From an uncultured Anaerolineales bacterium (GTDB lineage Bacteria; Chloroflexota; Anaerolineae; UBA2200), in NCBI GenBank assembly GCA_964478075.1, contig CAYZGO010000004.1, positions 60,492 through 124,491 of the forward strand: DNA of 64,000 nucleotides. Reading direction: 5' to 3'. Of the stretch, positions 27,585 through 36,869 are shown piece by piece. The notes under the pieces are model-generated. The model worked only from the letters and a program-made list of their open reading frames with translations. It was not told where the DNA came from and did not search any database. Position 1 is the first letter of the stretch. Each line of letters opens with the position of its first letter. A program made the translations under genes and the position numbers.

Positions 27585-30500
27585 CTAGCGATCACCGCCA
27601 GCCTTGCGTATCAACGGCAGGTAAACCCGGTACTTTGGAATGAGAATGGACCCATTCACCGTGATCACGTTGTCAAAGAGCTGTGCCTCCGGATCAGCCA
27701 GGTCTGCCAGGATAATGTCCAGCGCGCTGTAGCCTAGCGCCTTCGCCTGGAAGGTGATAGTGCATAATGTGCCACTGCCCACAGCAGGTGGTGTGTCCTG
27801 AAGCAGCCCTACTGCATATTCCAGCACGCCCATTTCGTTGTCCACCGTATTGGTGAACACCATGCCCAACTTCATGTCAGGCGGTCCCAAATCGGGAAAA
27901 CCACCCGGAGTGATCTGCACAAGGCGTGTATCGGGATCAGCATCCTCTACTTGCAAGATGCTGGGATCGAACGTCAGTTGAACATCTACGCCAAAGAGGT
28001 TGCTCACCTGCTCCAGTTGCAGTGTGACGGTCAGCAACTCTCCCACCTCGCCCACCTGGTGCTCAGGCGAAACACGCACGTACACCGGTCCCGCTGCACG
28101 TGCCCGGAGCGCGCTTGCCGCCTCCGCTTCCCACGGGGCGGGCCAGTCCTTGTGCAGTCCCCTGGCCACGATGACCAGATCCTGGACGTTCACCTCGCCA
28201 TCCTGGTTCAAGTCCACATAGAAATCGCTAGGTGGGACAGAGTGCAGCCTGCGGGCAACCCTGACCAGGTCAAACACGTCCACAACCTCATCGTCGTTAG
28301 TATCGCCGCCCCACATCTTTGCGTCGTCCATCACCGTCGTGACGCCACCTTCCACCGACACACCCACCCTCTGCATGGGTATGTAGCCCTTCAGCTCCGC
28401 CTTCAGGGTGTACGTGCCCTCGGGCATGTGCAAGAGGGCAAAATGGCCGTCGCTGTCGGTAGTCGTGGTGACAGCACCCGTGCCCACCGCTACTCCACTG
28501 TGATCCAGGCGGCCGTGAACTTCTATCGTGCCGATGATGGCTCCTGTGCCGCCAGGCGTGCACTGCCCTCCCAAGTAGGAGAAGCCGTACATTCGCAGGG
28601 TATTGTAGGTATCACCATTGGACTGCCACGTGTTGACGTACACATCGTCGCTGTAGTCAGGGTCCGCAGAGTCGTATAGGAACTTGACCCGCAGGCGCTG
28701 CTCCTCGCTGGCGGAGAAGAACGATCGGCCATCAGGCAACGTGGTATTGGGTGCCGGGATAGCGTCGTGCCAGCGGCTCAAATCACTCTGGCTGTAGTGA
28801 TGCACATTGCACCCATAGTAATAGGCGCGGCTCATCTCCGACTCCCAATTGCTGGTCAGCAGGTACTTTTGCCCGGTAGGCAACTCCAAGTCCGTATACT
28901 CATCAGGCACTGTGTGCCATTGCTCCGTCTGCCACAGCTCTGTTCCAATGGCATAATCTGGTTCGTAGTACAGCTCCTTCAACTCGCCAAAGTACTGCGG
29001 CTCGCTGTCCTCTTCCACGATGCGAATCTGGCACGGCACTACGCCTGGCAGTGGATCGCCACGGCAGTGTCCATCTCTGAAGCGATCGTTAGCAAAGACG
29101 AACTCTTCCGTGGTCCCATTAGTGGGCACATCCCTCTTCTCACGCAGCGCCTGGATGTCCTCCACGCAGGTATGCACAAAGTTGAAGGGCGGCATGACGG
29201 ATATGATGCTTGTATCCACACCAAGCACCTCATCGCCGGTGTAGCCCTCAAGCTTTTGCGAGTCAATGTCGTCAACAAAGTTCTTCTTGAACACCGGCGT
29301 GCGGATGGTGATGTACTTGAACTCGTACAGCTCATCGCCAGGGTTGAGCGTACTGGCTTCCACGGCGCGCACTGCCACTACATTGTACTCATGGCCATCC
29401 ACGTAGAAGCGCTTCAGATACCAGGGGTCACCGGGTTTCATATCGCGTCCGTTGCGGCCATCCCCCATTGCGGTATGCGTATGCCCCAGCGCACGGCCAA
29501 CCGTGAGCGAGGCCTGATCGGTGATGTGGTCCACGGACTTGACAAAGACAAACCAGGCACCGTCCACACGACCCAGGTTGTTGCTGCCTTTGGGAATACG
29601 CCGTGGCATCGCTCTGTTGGCAATGGCCATTTCCTTTTCTAGAAGCGACATCGTGCCGATGTAGTCAGGCTGCAACGAGTACTGCCCTGTTCCCGGATCA
29701 TAGTGCACGCCGCCGCCCGTGTCCCAGAACTTCAGTAGGGCCTGCCCAGGGGAGACGCTCAGCAGCGTGACCATGTGGTCCAGGAACTGTATGCTGTCCC
29801 CCTTATCCAAGGGGACATCTTCCAGGACAAAGACCACCATTTCGTTGCCATTCAGCGCGATCGAGTCCTCGTCGAGCAGATCAAGCTGTCCATCGCCGTC
29901 AAAGTCAGCCTGAATACGGGTGAGCGCGGCCAGCGACTGTTCGCTGTGCACCTGTACAATTTGAGGATTGCCGTCAAAGTTGGCATCAAAAGTCGTCAGG
30001 CCATAGCCAAAGCTGGGCAGCTCGATAGTAGGCAGTTCTCCATCAGAGCCCGGTGCGGGCAACTTCTTCTTCCCAGTGGCCATGGGGAAAGCGAACTGGC
30101 TTGAACCTGGCTGTCCATGTGCTGGCTGGTACTGGGTGTCCAGGTACATGTACGTGAACTCCTGCACCACTGCCGGGTAGGAGTAGACCGACGTTGGTGT
30201 AAAGGGCGGCGCGGAGTCCACCTCATTTATCCTGTGCACATACAGCGGCTCGTACCACATGCGCACGAAGACCTTTTCGCGAGCATTGCCCTCCCGAATG
30301 GTAATCCTGCGATACAACTCGACCAGATCGTCGCCGATGTTCTCCTCACTCATGTAGGCCGGATTGAGGGTCAACGAGTCCTTCGGTGGAGCCTCTGGCA
30401 ATTGCGGGTTAAAGGGCGCCCAGGGATCGGTGTAGGGCCATACTTCAACCGGATAGGTGATCGGAGCATCAATTGTGCCAAGATCTTCGATGTGCCTGTT

Positions 30501-32645
30501 GCCCGGCCCTTCATGGTCAAAGCCATAAACGCGCAAGCCCGTGTCACTCTTGTACTTCTTGCCGCCCTCAGCGGGATCGAACCAGAACTTGACCTGCGGT
30601 TTCCAACCGTCGGGCATGTCGTGCACGGCGTCATCGCGCAACCAGCACTGCGTGTCATAGTCCCAACTCAGGTTATAAGCCCAGGTGGTGTCAGTATGCA
30701 CATTCTGCGTCCACAGCACGTACTCGCTTTGCGGAGCCAGGAAAGAGCTGGTCAGCAGGTAAAGGTCAGTCTGGCCAGTCAGGTCGGGCAGCACAAACTC
30801 GGTGTACTTCCAGGGCAGAGTGTGCCACTGCTCTACGTACCAGAATTCCCCTGCCTCCGGGTGCTCACCGTACTTTTCCTTCAGTTCGCCGAGGAATTGA
30901 TCATTCTTGTCCTCTTCCACGTAGAAGAAGTGCATCTCCCGGACGTCCTCGTAGGTAGGAGGCGTAATGCCTGGCGGCCTGTAGGGTATGTAGTCACCAC
31001 TCTTCTGCTGGATAGGTGGCACAGGTCCCACTAGTGAACCATAGTAGTGCACATCCTCCTCTTTGCAGGTGAAAGCCTCGATGGCCTGCACATCCAAGAT
31101 AACATAGTGCTCATAGTTGTAAGGTGGCATGACGGAGAGATAGTCTTCCGCTCCATAGGCCTGCAGGCGCACCGAGTGCTGCTGGATCAAATACCCGTCA
31201 CCAGGATCCTCGTACTCACTGGCCTTGGGAATGGGCGTTCGAATGGTGATGAACTTGAACTTGCTGAGATCTCGCGGCGGCGGCCAGAACTCTGTGTCAA
31301 TTAGCCCATCCCCGTCCTGGTCAATCGAGCACGTTACGCCGCCGTCACCCAACCGAATATCCGCGCCGTCCTCTGTCTTGATGGCGACGACGTTGTATTC
31401 GTGACCATCCACGTAAAAGCGCTTCAGGAACCACGGATCACCCGGGCACCGGTCTTGCTGGTTGGGCGCGTATTCCATGCCGCTCCAGGCAGCACCAAGT
31501 GCGCGTCCCACCATCAAAAATGCGCTTGGCTCGTCGGGATCAATGTGGTCTAGGTACGCGAAGAAAGGACCTGTGGGAAACTGGCACATGTTGGTGCCTG
31601 GCCCGCCATTGGCCACGGCCACGATTTGCTTAACAGGGCCATCGCTCCCCGCAAGGAGCATGTCGCCGACAGAGATAGTCTTAGCGCCCAGGCTATGTGG
31701 TGTCAAGTCGCCAGTATACCAGACTTTGAGAGACACGCTGTTGCTGTCACCGTACACTTGTTGGAGGACGATCCTATGATCCAGAAACTGCAGGGCCCCG
31801 TCCAGGCCCAGCTCCATGGTATCCAAGCGAAGAATGGCCAGTTCGTTGCCATTCAGTTGCGCACCATCGAGGTCCAGCGGGTCAATATAGCCATTCCCGT
31901 CAAAGTCGGCAGCGATAAGCGTTTTCTCGAACAGCGTCAATTCGCTCTCTACGTGGACGATGTCTGGAACGTCATCAAAGTTGCCGTCCAGGCTGGTCAG
32001 GCCGTAGCCGTAGGGATCAGATAGATCGCCCTGCCGCATACCCACAGGGAAGACAAAACTCGTCTCGCCTACCCGCCCAGCCACGGGGCGCGGCTCATCG
32101 GCCAGCGGATAGGGCTGCAGCAGCATGTAAGTGAACTCTTCCATCACCGCTGGGTACCACTCATCGTGCAGGGTATCCGTGTACGGCACCTGCGCCTGGG
32201 GATGGATGTCCAGCTCACCACTGGCGTTGAGATCCTTGTCCCAGTGCCACGGCTGGTACCACATGCGGAAGCACACCTTTTCGGACGCGTCAACGCCGCC
32301 TGCCTTGATCCGGTGGTAGAGGTCATGATAGTAGTTCTCGTCGAAGGTCCTGTTATAGTGCATCCACAGCGGGTTCCAGGTTACGGAGTCTTTAGGGGCT
32401 TGTTCGAGCTGGGGGTTAAAGATGGGCTCAGAGGCAGTGTATGGCGGATCTTCAGGGCACAACCCAGTGCAAGGATCCACAGCATCTGGGTCCCCCGCTT
32501 GGCCCACGATCCGAGCAGAAATGCGCGCCTCTGCCACCGATCCGGCCAAAGCAAAGGTGTCTGCCTCTGTCGCCAATGCAACTACTGCACCCAACAACAG
32601 TGTGGTGACAATCAACGCAACTATGACTCTGAGTGCCCTGGGCAT
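27585..32645 (-). CDS. giant secreted multidomain protein (about 1,686 aa) carrying two tandem large repeats of about 500 aa, a CarbopepD-regulatory-like beta-sandwich, a dockerin-like double EF-hand and a C-terminal cohesin-like domain
   Basis: Signal peptide MPRALRVIVALIVTTLLLGAVVALA. Duplicated block GDPW[FY]LKRFYVDGHEYNVVA / ADFDG[ND]G..D.LD. Dockerin-like VVDVFDLVRVARRLH...DLNQDGEVNVQDLVIVARGL. Cohesin-like tail VGELLTVTLQLEQVSNLFGVDVQLTFDPSILQV...GTLCTITFQAKA. Start ATG at 32645 with a GGGAGGAG RBS. Confidence 0.75.
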   Translation of the reverse strand: MPRALRVIVALIVTTLLLGAVVALATEADTFALAGSVAEARISARIVGQAGDPDAVDPCTGLCPEDPPYTASEPIFNPQLEQAPKDSVTWNPLWMHYNRTFDENYYHDLYHRIKAGGVDASEKVCFRMWYQPWHWDKDLNASGELDIHPQAQVPYTDTLHDEWYPAVMEEFTYMLLQPYPLADEPRPVAGRVGETSFVFPVGMRQGDLSDPYGYGLTSLDGNFDDVPDIVHVESELTLFEKTLIAADFDGNGYIDPLDLDGAQLNGNELAILRLDTMELGLDGALQFLDHRIVLQQVYGDSNSVSLKVWYTGDLTPHSLGAKTISVGDMLLAGSDGPVKQIVAVANGGPGTNMCQFPTGPFFAYLDHIDPDEPSAFLMVGRALGAAWSGMEYAPNQQDRCPGDPWFLKRFYVDGHEYNVVAIKTEDGADIRLGDGGVTCSIDQDGDGLIDTEFWPPPRDLSKFKFITIRTPIPKASEYEDPGDGYLIQQHSVRLQAYGAEDYLSVMPPYNYEHYVILDVQAIEAFTCKEEDVHYYGSLVGPVPPIQQKSGDYIPYRPPGITPPTYEDVREMHFFYVEEDKNDQFLGELKEKYGEHPEAGEFWYVEQWHTLPWKYTEFVLPDLTGQTDLYLLTSSFLAPQSEYVLWTQNVHTDTTWAYNLSWDYDTQCWLRDDAVHDMPDGWKPQVKFWFDPAEGGKKYKSDTGLRVYGFDHEGPGNRHIEDLGTIDAPITYPVEVWPYTDPWAPFNPQLPEAPPKDSLTLNPAYMSEENIGDDLVELYRRITIREGNAREKVFVRMWYEPLYVHRINEVDSAPPFTPTSVYSYPAVVQEFTYMYLDTQYQPAHGQPGSSQFAFPMATGKKKLPAPGSDGELPTIELPSFGYGLTTFDANFDGNPQIVQVHSEQSLAALTRIQADFDGDGQLDLLDEDSIALNGNEMVVFVLEDVPLDKGDSIQFLDHMVTLLSVSPGQALLKFWDTGGGVHYDPGTGQYSLQPDYIGTMSLLEKEMAIANRAMPRRIPKGSNNLGRVDGAWFVFVKSVDHITDQASLTVGRALGHTHTAMGDGRNGRDMKPGDPWYLKRFYVDGHEYNVVAVRAVEASTLNPGDELYEFKYITIRTPVFKKNFVDDIDSQKLEGYTGDEVLGVDTSIISVMPPFNFVHTCVEDIQALREKRDVPTNGTTEEFVFANDRFRDGHCRGDPLPGVVPCQIRIVEEDSEPQYFGELKELYYEPDYAIGTELWQTEQWHTVPDEYTDLELPTGQKYLLTSNWESEMSRAYYYGCNVHHYSQSDLSRWHDAIPAPNTTLPDGRSFFSASEEQRLRVKFLYDSADPDYSDDVYVNTWQSNGDTYNTLRMYGFSYLGGQCTPGGTGAIIGTIEVHGRLDHSGVAVGTGAVTTTTDSDGHFALLHMPEGTYTLKAELKGYIPMQRVGVSVEGGVTTVMDDAKMWGGDTNDDEVVDVFDLVRVARRLHSVPPSDFYVDLNQDGEVNVQDLVIVARGLHKDWPAPWEAEAASALRARAAGPVYVRVSPEHQVGEVGELLTVTLQLEQVSNLFGVDVQLTFDPSILQVEDADPDTRLVQITPGGFPDLGPPDMKLGMVFTNTVDNEMGVLEYAVGLLQDTPPAVGSGTLCTITFQAKALGYSALDIILADLADPEAQLFDNVITVNGSILIPKYRVYLPLIRKAGGDR

Positions 32646-32851
32646 TTCATCTCCTCCCTTGTGCAAAGCGACGTGATACGTAGCACTGGCTCACAGGTTT
32701 ACTAACATTATCTTACCACGAAAGTGCCAGATTGTCAACGTAAGCTAATCTGAGACTTACCTGCAAGTTTACCAAGGATTCGGTCACCGGCGGTGGCAGA
32801 CACGACGGGGTTTCAACCTAAGCCGGCGCTGTAGGTCAGATTGGGAGCAAA

Positions 32852-32950
32852 CAGACTCTCCCGTAGGTTACCAACAACGGTTTCGCTTTCTTGGGATACC
32901 TCGAGCGTCACGGAAGGGCACTCAACACGTTATCAGAAACTACGGGAGGG
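32852..32950. repeat. long-loop REP-like element (CTCCCGTAGGTTACCAACAACG ... GGGCACTCA ... ATCAGAAACTACGGGAGGG), copy 1
   Basis: Terminal inverted repeats related to the CCCTCCCGGAGG REP family. About 65-70% identical over 100 bp to 62555-62651, with compensatory changes in the stem. Confidence 0.6.
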
Positions 32951-33028
32951 CTCGCTCCAGAAACTTGCCCCCAACCCAGTGTCCAGTTGTCAAGGACGGC
33001 GAATGCACGTATAATCTCACCGTAATTC

Positions 33029-33643
33029 ATGACGCAAGGGGATAGCAGCAGATACGCTTGTCCCCGGGAGGTCAAGAACACATTGAACCCACTTGAAATC
33101 AGGCCCTGGGAAGTTCTCGAATCCTCGATTGTCTTCTCCAACCGCTGGCTGCGCGTGCGCAAGGACGTCTGCCACACCAACCGGGGCAACGTCACTGACT
33201 ATTATCTCGTGGAACGCTCCGACTATGTGCTGATCGTGGCGCTCACGCCAGAATCGGAAGTGCTGGTGACGCGCCAGTACAAGCACGGCGCCAGGCAGGT
33301 GGTGCGCGAGCTACCGGCGGGCTACGTCGAAGACGGTGAGGACCCGCTGCAATGCGCACACCGTGAATTGCGCGAGGAGACCGGCTACGAAGCCGCCAGG
33401 ATGGAGCAACTGGCCGTGCTGTTCGCCTCGCCTAGTGCGTCGCGGCACCGCGGGCACCTGTTCCTGGCTACCGGGCTGCGCCGTGCCGGCGAACAACGTT
33501 TGGACACCAACGAGAAGATCGTGGTAGAGAAGATGGATTTTGCCGCAGCAGTGCAGGCCGCCGCACACAATCAGGTGTTCGAGGGCCTCAGCAGCACCGC
33601 GGCGCTGCTCATGGCCTGGCAGCGGCTGCACGGTGCAGACTGA
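33029..33643 (+). CDS. NUDIX hydrolase (ADP-ribose pyrophosphatase-like)
   Basis: Nudix box GYVEDGEDPLQCAHRELREETGY. N-terminal WEVLESSIVFSNRWLRVRKD is typical of ADPRase-type Nudix proteins. Confidence 0.75.
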   Translation: MTQGDSSRYACPREVKNTLNPLEIRPWEVLESSIVFSNRWLRVRKDVCHTNRGNVTDYYLVERSDYVLIVALTPESEVLVTRQYKHGARQVVRELPAGYVEDGEDPLQCAHRELREETGYEAARMEQLAVLFASPSASRHRGHLFLATGLRRAGEQRLDTNEKIVVEKMDFAAAVQAAAHNQVFEGLSSTAALLMAWQRLHGAD

Positions 33644-33719
33644 CCCGACATCGTAGAGACGTAGCATGCTACGTCTCTACCGCTGCACCGCCGCCAAGAC
33701 CAGGCCTCTAGGAGGAACA

Positions 33720-34346
33720 ATGGCTCGCTCAAGAGAAGAAGCTCACTTACCTGCTCTATACAAGGCTTACCAGGACATGCAGAAGCTCGACCCTTACAAG
33801 GTCGCTTTCACGGCAGCCTGTGACTTTCGTCCGGATGAAGAAGGGGGGCGCTTTCTGATCCGTTTCTTTGGTGTAGACTATGTGGTCACCTTCCCGCGCA
33901 TCTCGGTACGCAGTGCCAGCGGTCAGGAACCGGACGTTGCCACACGCTTGATCATCCTGCACTACCTCATCCATGCTGACGGCACGCCGCCCGCCGACCG
34001 CTGGATCGCCTTCCGCGAGCTGCCAAACGGCCTGGTCTACGACCAGGCTTTTCGGAAGCGTTCCAGCCTGCGCTTGGTACGCGCGTATGGCGCCGATCCG
34101 AAAGGCTTCGCCGCAGCAGCGGAGGCTTTGGGCGGGGAGCGACTCACCTTTGGCGACGCCTCCTACATGTTCCGCTTGCTGCCGCGCATGCCCATGGCCG
34201 TGATCCTGCACCTTGGCGATGAAGAGTTTGGCCCGGCAGTGAACGTGCTCTTTGACGGTGCTGCAGGCCACTATCTGCCCGCCGAAGACCTGGCCGTGCT
34301 CGGCGGCATCTTGACCAGCAGGTTGATCAAAGCAGGGAACGTGTAG
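33720..34346 (+). CDS. DUF3786 domain protein
   Basis: Start at the ATG (MARSREE) behind an AGGAGGA RBS. Overall pattern LYKAYQDMQKLDPYKV...FLIRFFGVDYVVTFP matches DUF3786 family members. Confidence 0.6.
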   Translation: MARSREEAHLPALYKAYQDMQKLDPYKVAFTAACDFRPDEEGGRFLIRFFGVDYVVTFPRISVRSASGQEPDVATRLIILHYLIHADGTPPADRWIAFRELPNGLVYDQAFRKRSSLRLVRAYGADPKGFAAAAEALGGERLTFGDASYMFRLLPRMPMAVILHLGDEEFGPAVNVLFDGAAGHYLPAEDLAVLGGILTSRLIKAGNV

Positions 34347-34570
34347 GTTCATAACAGAGAGACACCCTTAATCCAGAACGTGAATCTTGGTTTCATCTTT
34401 GTCCTGTGCAATTTCCGCGACTCCATGTTTGGACGTGCACTTTGCTCGGGCAACTCTGGTTCAGGTGGAAAGCCATCGCCACCAAGATTAGCAACTTTCA
34501 GGCTCGTATCTTCTTTTCGCTCGTCTGTTTCTTGATAGCGACGCCGTTCGGGCTGGCGGTCCGAACTGCA

Positions 34571-35809
34571 TCACTTCCGCCGCCACAGAGCGCTGACGCG
34601 ACCCAGCAGCGCATTGCCGCAACTAATCACTGCGCCAAGTGCAACCAAGCCAGTGGCCGGCAGCACACGCGCCAGTGCCCCACCAATCATCCCCGAGAAG
34701 GAGCCGCAGCCTGGTGCGATCATGTTCCAGATGCCAAAGACTCGCCCCAGGACTTCCTGCGGCACCCGCTCCTGCATCAACGACGCCCCACAAGTGGGAA
34801 TCAGGTTCCCAATCATGCTGGCGAAAAAGCTCGCTACCAGAGCCGGAGCTAACGCACGAAACAAGGGATAGCCGATCAGCGACAGGCCATAACCGAGCCA
34901 GCCCAATACTATGAGCCGCTCCTTATGCAAGCTGCGACCCAGGCGCCCCAGCCACAATGCCCCCAGCAACATGCCTGCGTAGCCTGCTGTCCGTATGTAG
35001 CCATACACTTCCGGCCCAGCATGCAGAACATCCTTCACGAAAAGCGGCACTCCCACCATCACCATGCCATCAGCCAGGACAAAGTACAAAGCGTCGAGCA
35101 AGAGAATGCTACGTACTACCGGGTCATGCCAGACATAGGACACACCCTCCAGCAAGTCGCGCCAGGACAGGGGCTGCCTCTCCTCCGTCTGAACTGCCTG
35201 GGACGGCAATCTCAACGATGACAGCAACAACGCGGAGAGAATCAGTGTCCCGCCATGGATAGCAAAAGCGTTAGCGAGGCCAAGTGCCTGCACAACAGGC
35301 CCGACGAGAGCGGTACCGGCGATCATGGCCAGGCCAACAAGAACCACGTTGGCTGAATTCGCAGTCACGATCTCTTCTTTGGGCACAATCTGCGGGAGGA
35401 TGGAAGAGCGCGCCAGGTAATACAGCAGGCCCGACGCAGAGAGAAGAAAAGCTATCAGCAGTGCGTGCCATCCGGCCAGGACGCCCACGGCGGAAAGGAT
35501 GGGCACAGCCACAGTGAGCAAGGCCGCCAACATATTGACAGCTATCATCAGGCGGCGCCGGTCGAGTCGGTCCACCAGCGTTCCAGAGGGCACCGCAAGA
35601 AGCAAAAAGGGCAGATACCTGGCTGTCGTCGCCCAACCTACTGCGCTTTTGGATCCCGTGACGTCCAGCATCAGCCATGGCAGGATAGTTATATACAAGC
35701 TTTGGCCGACCCACATCAAGACCGCGCTGCCCAGCAACGTACGGTATGCAGGATTGCATGCCAGTGCACGATATCCACTGGGGGAGACGGCAGGGGATTG
35801 TCCCTCCAT
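34571..35809 (-). CDS. MFS transporter (DHA3/EntS-like)
   Basis: 12 predicted TMs. MFS signature region GTLVDRLDRRRLM between TM2 and TM3. Confidence 0.8.
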   Translation of the reverse strand: MEGQSPAVSPSGYRALACNPAYRTLLGSAVLMWVGQSLYITILPWLMLDVTGSKSAVGWATTARYLPFLLLAVPSGTLVDRLDRRRLMIAVNMLAALLTVAVPILSAVGVLAGWHALLIAFLLSASGLLYYLARSSILPQIVPKEEIVTANSANVVLVGLAMIAGTALVGPVVQALGLANAFAIHGGTLILSALLLSSLRLPSQAVQTEERQPLSWRDLLEGVSYVWHDPVVRSILLLDALYFVLADGMVMVGVPLFVKDVLHAGPEVYGYIRTAGYAGMLLGALWLGRLGRSLHKERLIVLGWLGYGLSLIGYPLFRALAPALVASFFASMIGNLIPTCGASLMQERVPQEVLGRVFGIWNMIAPGCGSFSGMIGGALARVLPATGLVALGAVISCGNALLGRVSALWRRK

Positions 35810-35819
35810 CGCGTGTCAC

Positions 35820-36620
35820 CTACTCCCCAACCAGACGAATGGACCCAGTTGGACAGACTCTGATGCATTCCATGCAGCGGATGCAACGCGTGGAATCAGG
35901 GTTCTCGTAGACACAGATATCCACCGGACACACCCGCCGGCACTCATCACAGCGCGTACAAGTCGCCTCGTCCACGGCCAGACGCAGCGTGCTCAGTCGG
36001 TTGAAAGGTGACCAGATGGCACCCAAAGGACAGACGAAGCGACAGAATGGGCGCTTGCTGCTCATCATCCAGATGACAAAGCCCGAGAGGATTGCCACCT
36101 TGACCACGAACAGCCACCCGGCCTGTGCACGCAAATCTGAATATATCAGAAGCAGCGGTATACCTGCCTCCACGGTGCCCACGGGACAGAGCTTGCAGAA
36201 CCAGGGCTCGAGCGTCAGGAAGGGGACCAGGCCAACCAGTACGATCAGAAACGCATAACGAAGCCAGCCAGCACGCTCCGAGACGTGCCATCTCGGCCAG
36301 CGAAACCTGCGCCCAAGGCCATATACCAGCTCTTGCAGCCACCCAAATGGGCAAAGCCAGCCACAGGCCAGGCGTCCGGCCAGAGCCCCGATAAGGCACA
36401 GCACGCCCAACGTGTAGAAAGGGATTTGGTGTATCGCGGCAAAGTGCTGCAGTGTGCCAATAGGGCAAGCAAAGATAGCTCCGGGACAGGCATAGCAGTT
36501 CATCCCCAGGCAGGGAATTGCCTTCAAAGCCTGCAAGACAAACGAGTTCATCATCAGAAACGAGACTGCCTGTACCCAGCGCCTCTTGGTGTTGAGCAGC
36601 AAAGAGACAAGACGGGACAC
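35820..36620 (-). CDS. membrane polyferredoxin (NapH/MauN/FixG-like 4Fe-4S binding protein)
   Basis: KRRWVQAVSFLMMNSF N-terminal motif, two CxxCP.G membrane motifs (NCYACPGAIFACPIG, LACGWLCPFGWL) and C-terminal 2x CxxCxxCxxxCP ferredoxin motifs. Start is uncertain: GTG 36638, GTG 36620, TTG 36602 or ATG 36554. The ORF-track start at 36752 overlaps another frame. Confidence 0.6.
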   Translation of the reverse strand: MSRLVSLLLNTKRRWVQAVSFLMMNSFVLQALKAIPCLGMNCYACPGAIFACPIGTLQHFAAIHQIPFYTLGVLCLIGALAGRLACGWLCPFGWLQELVYGLGRRFRWPRWHVSERAGWLRYAFLIVLVGLVPFLTLEPWFCKLCPVGTVEAGIPLLLIYSDLRAQAGWLFVVKVAILSGFVIWMMSSKRPFCRFVCPLGAIWSPFNRLSTLRLAVDEATCTRCDECRRVCPVDICVYENPDSTRCIRCMECIRVCPTGSIRLVGE

Positions 36621-36651
36621 GTTCGTTGCTCCAATCACATCCTGGGCATTC

Positions 36652-36837
36652 CTACTGAATGCCGATGCAGGACAGGCAAAGCAGGGTTGCGTTGACCCAG
36701 GTGATGAACGCCTGCCCCAGAACAACGCCCAGCACGATTGCAAGCAGCGCAACCACCATCAGGATGCGGTTCGTAAGCATCCGTGACCTTGAACCTGCTG
36801 CGGTATCTGACCTGGCTGAAGTCTGTTCTGTGGTCAT
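36652..36837 (-). CDS. small single-TM ORF (61 aa) overlapping the 5' end of the polyferredoxin reading frame; either a separate membrane peptide or the frameshifted N-terminus
   Basis: MTTEQTSARSDTAAGSRSRMLTNRILMVVALLAIVLGVVLGQAFITWVNATLLCLSCIGIQ; ATG 33 nt after the upstream gene stop. Confidence 0.25.
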   Translation of the reverse strand: MTTEQTSARSDTAAGSRSRMLTNRILMVVALLAIVLGVVLGQAFITWVNATLLCLSCIGIQ

Positions 36838-36869
36838 GGCACCTCTGTCTGGGCCTTCATTTAGTCTGG

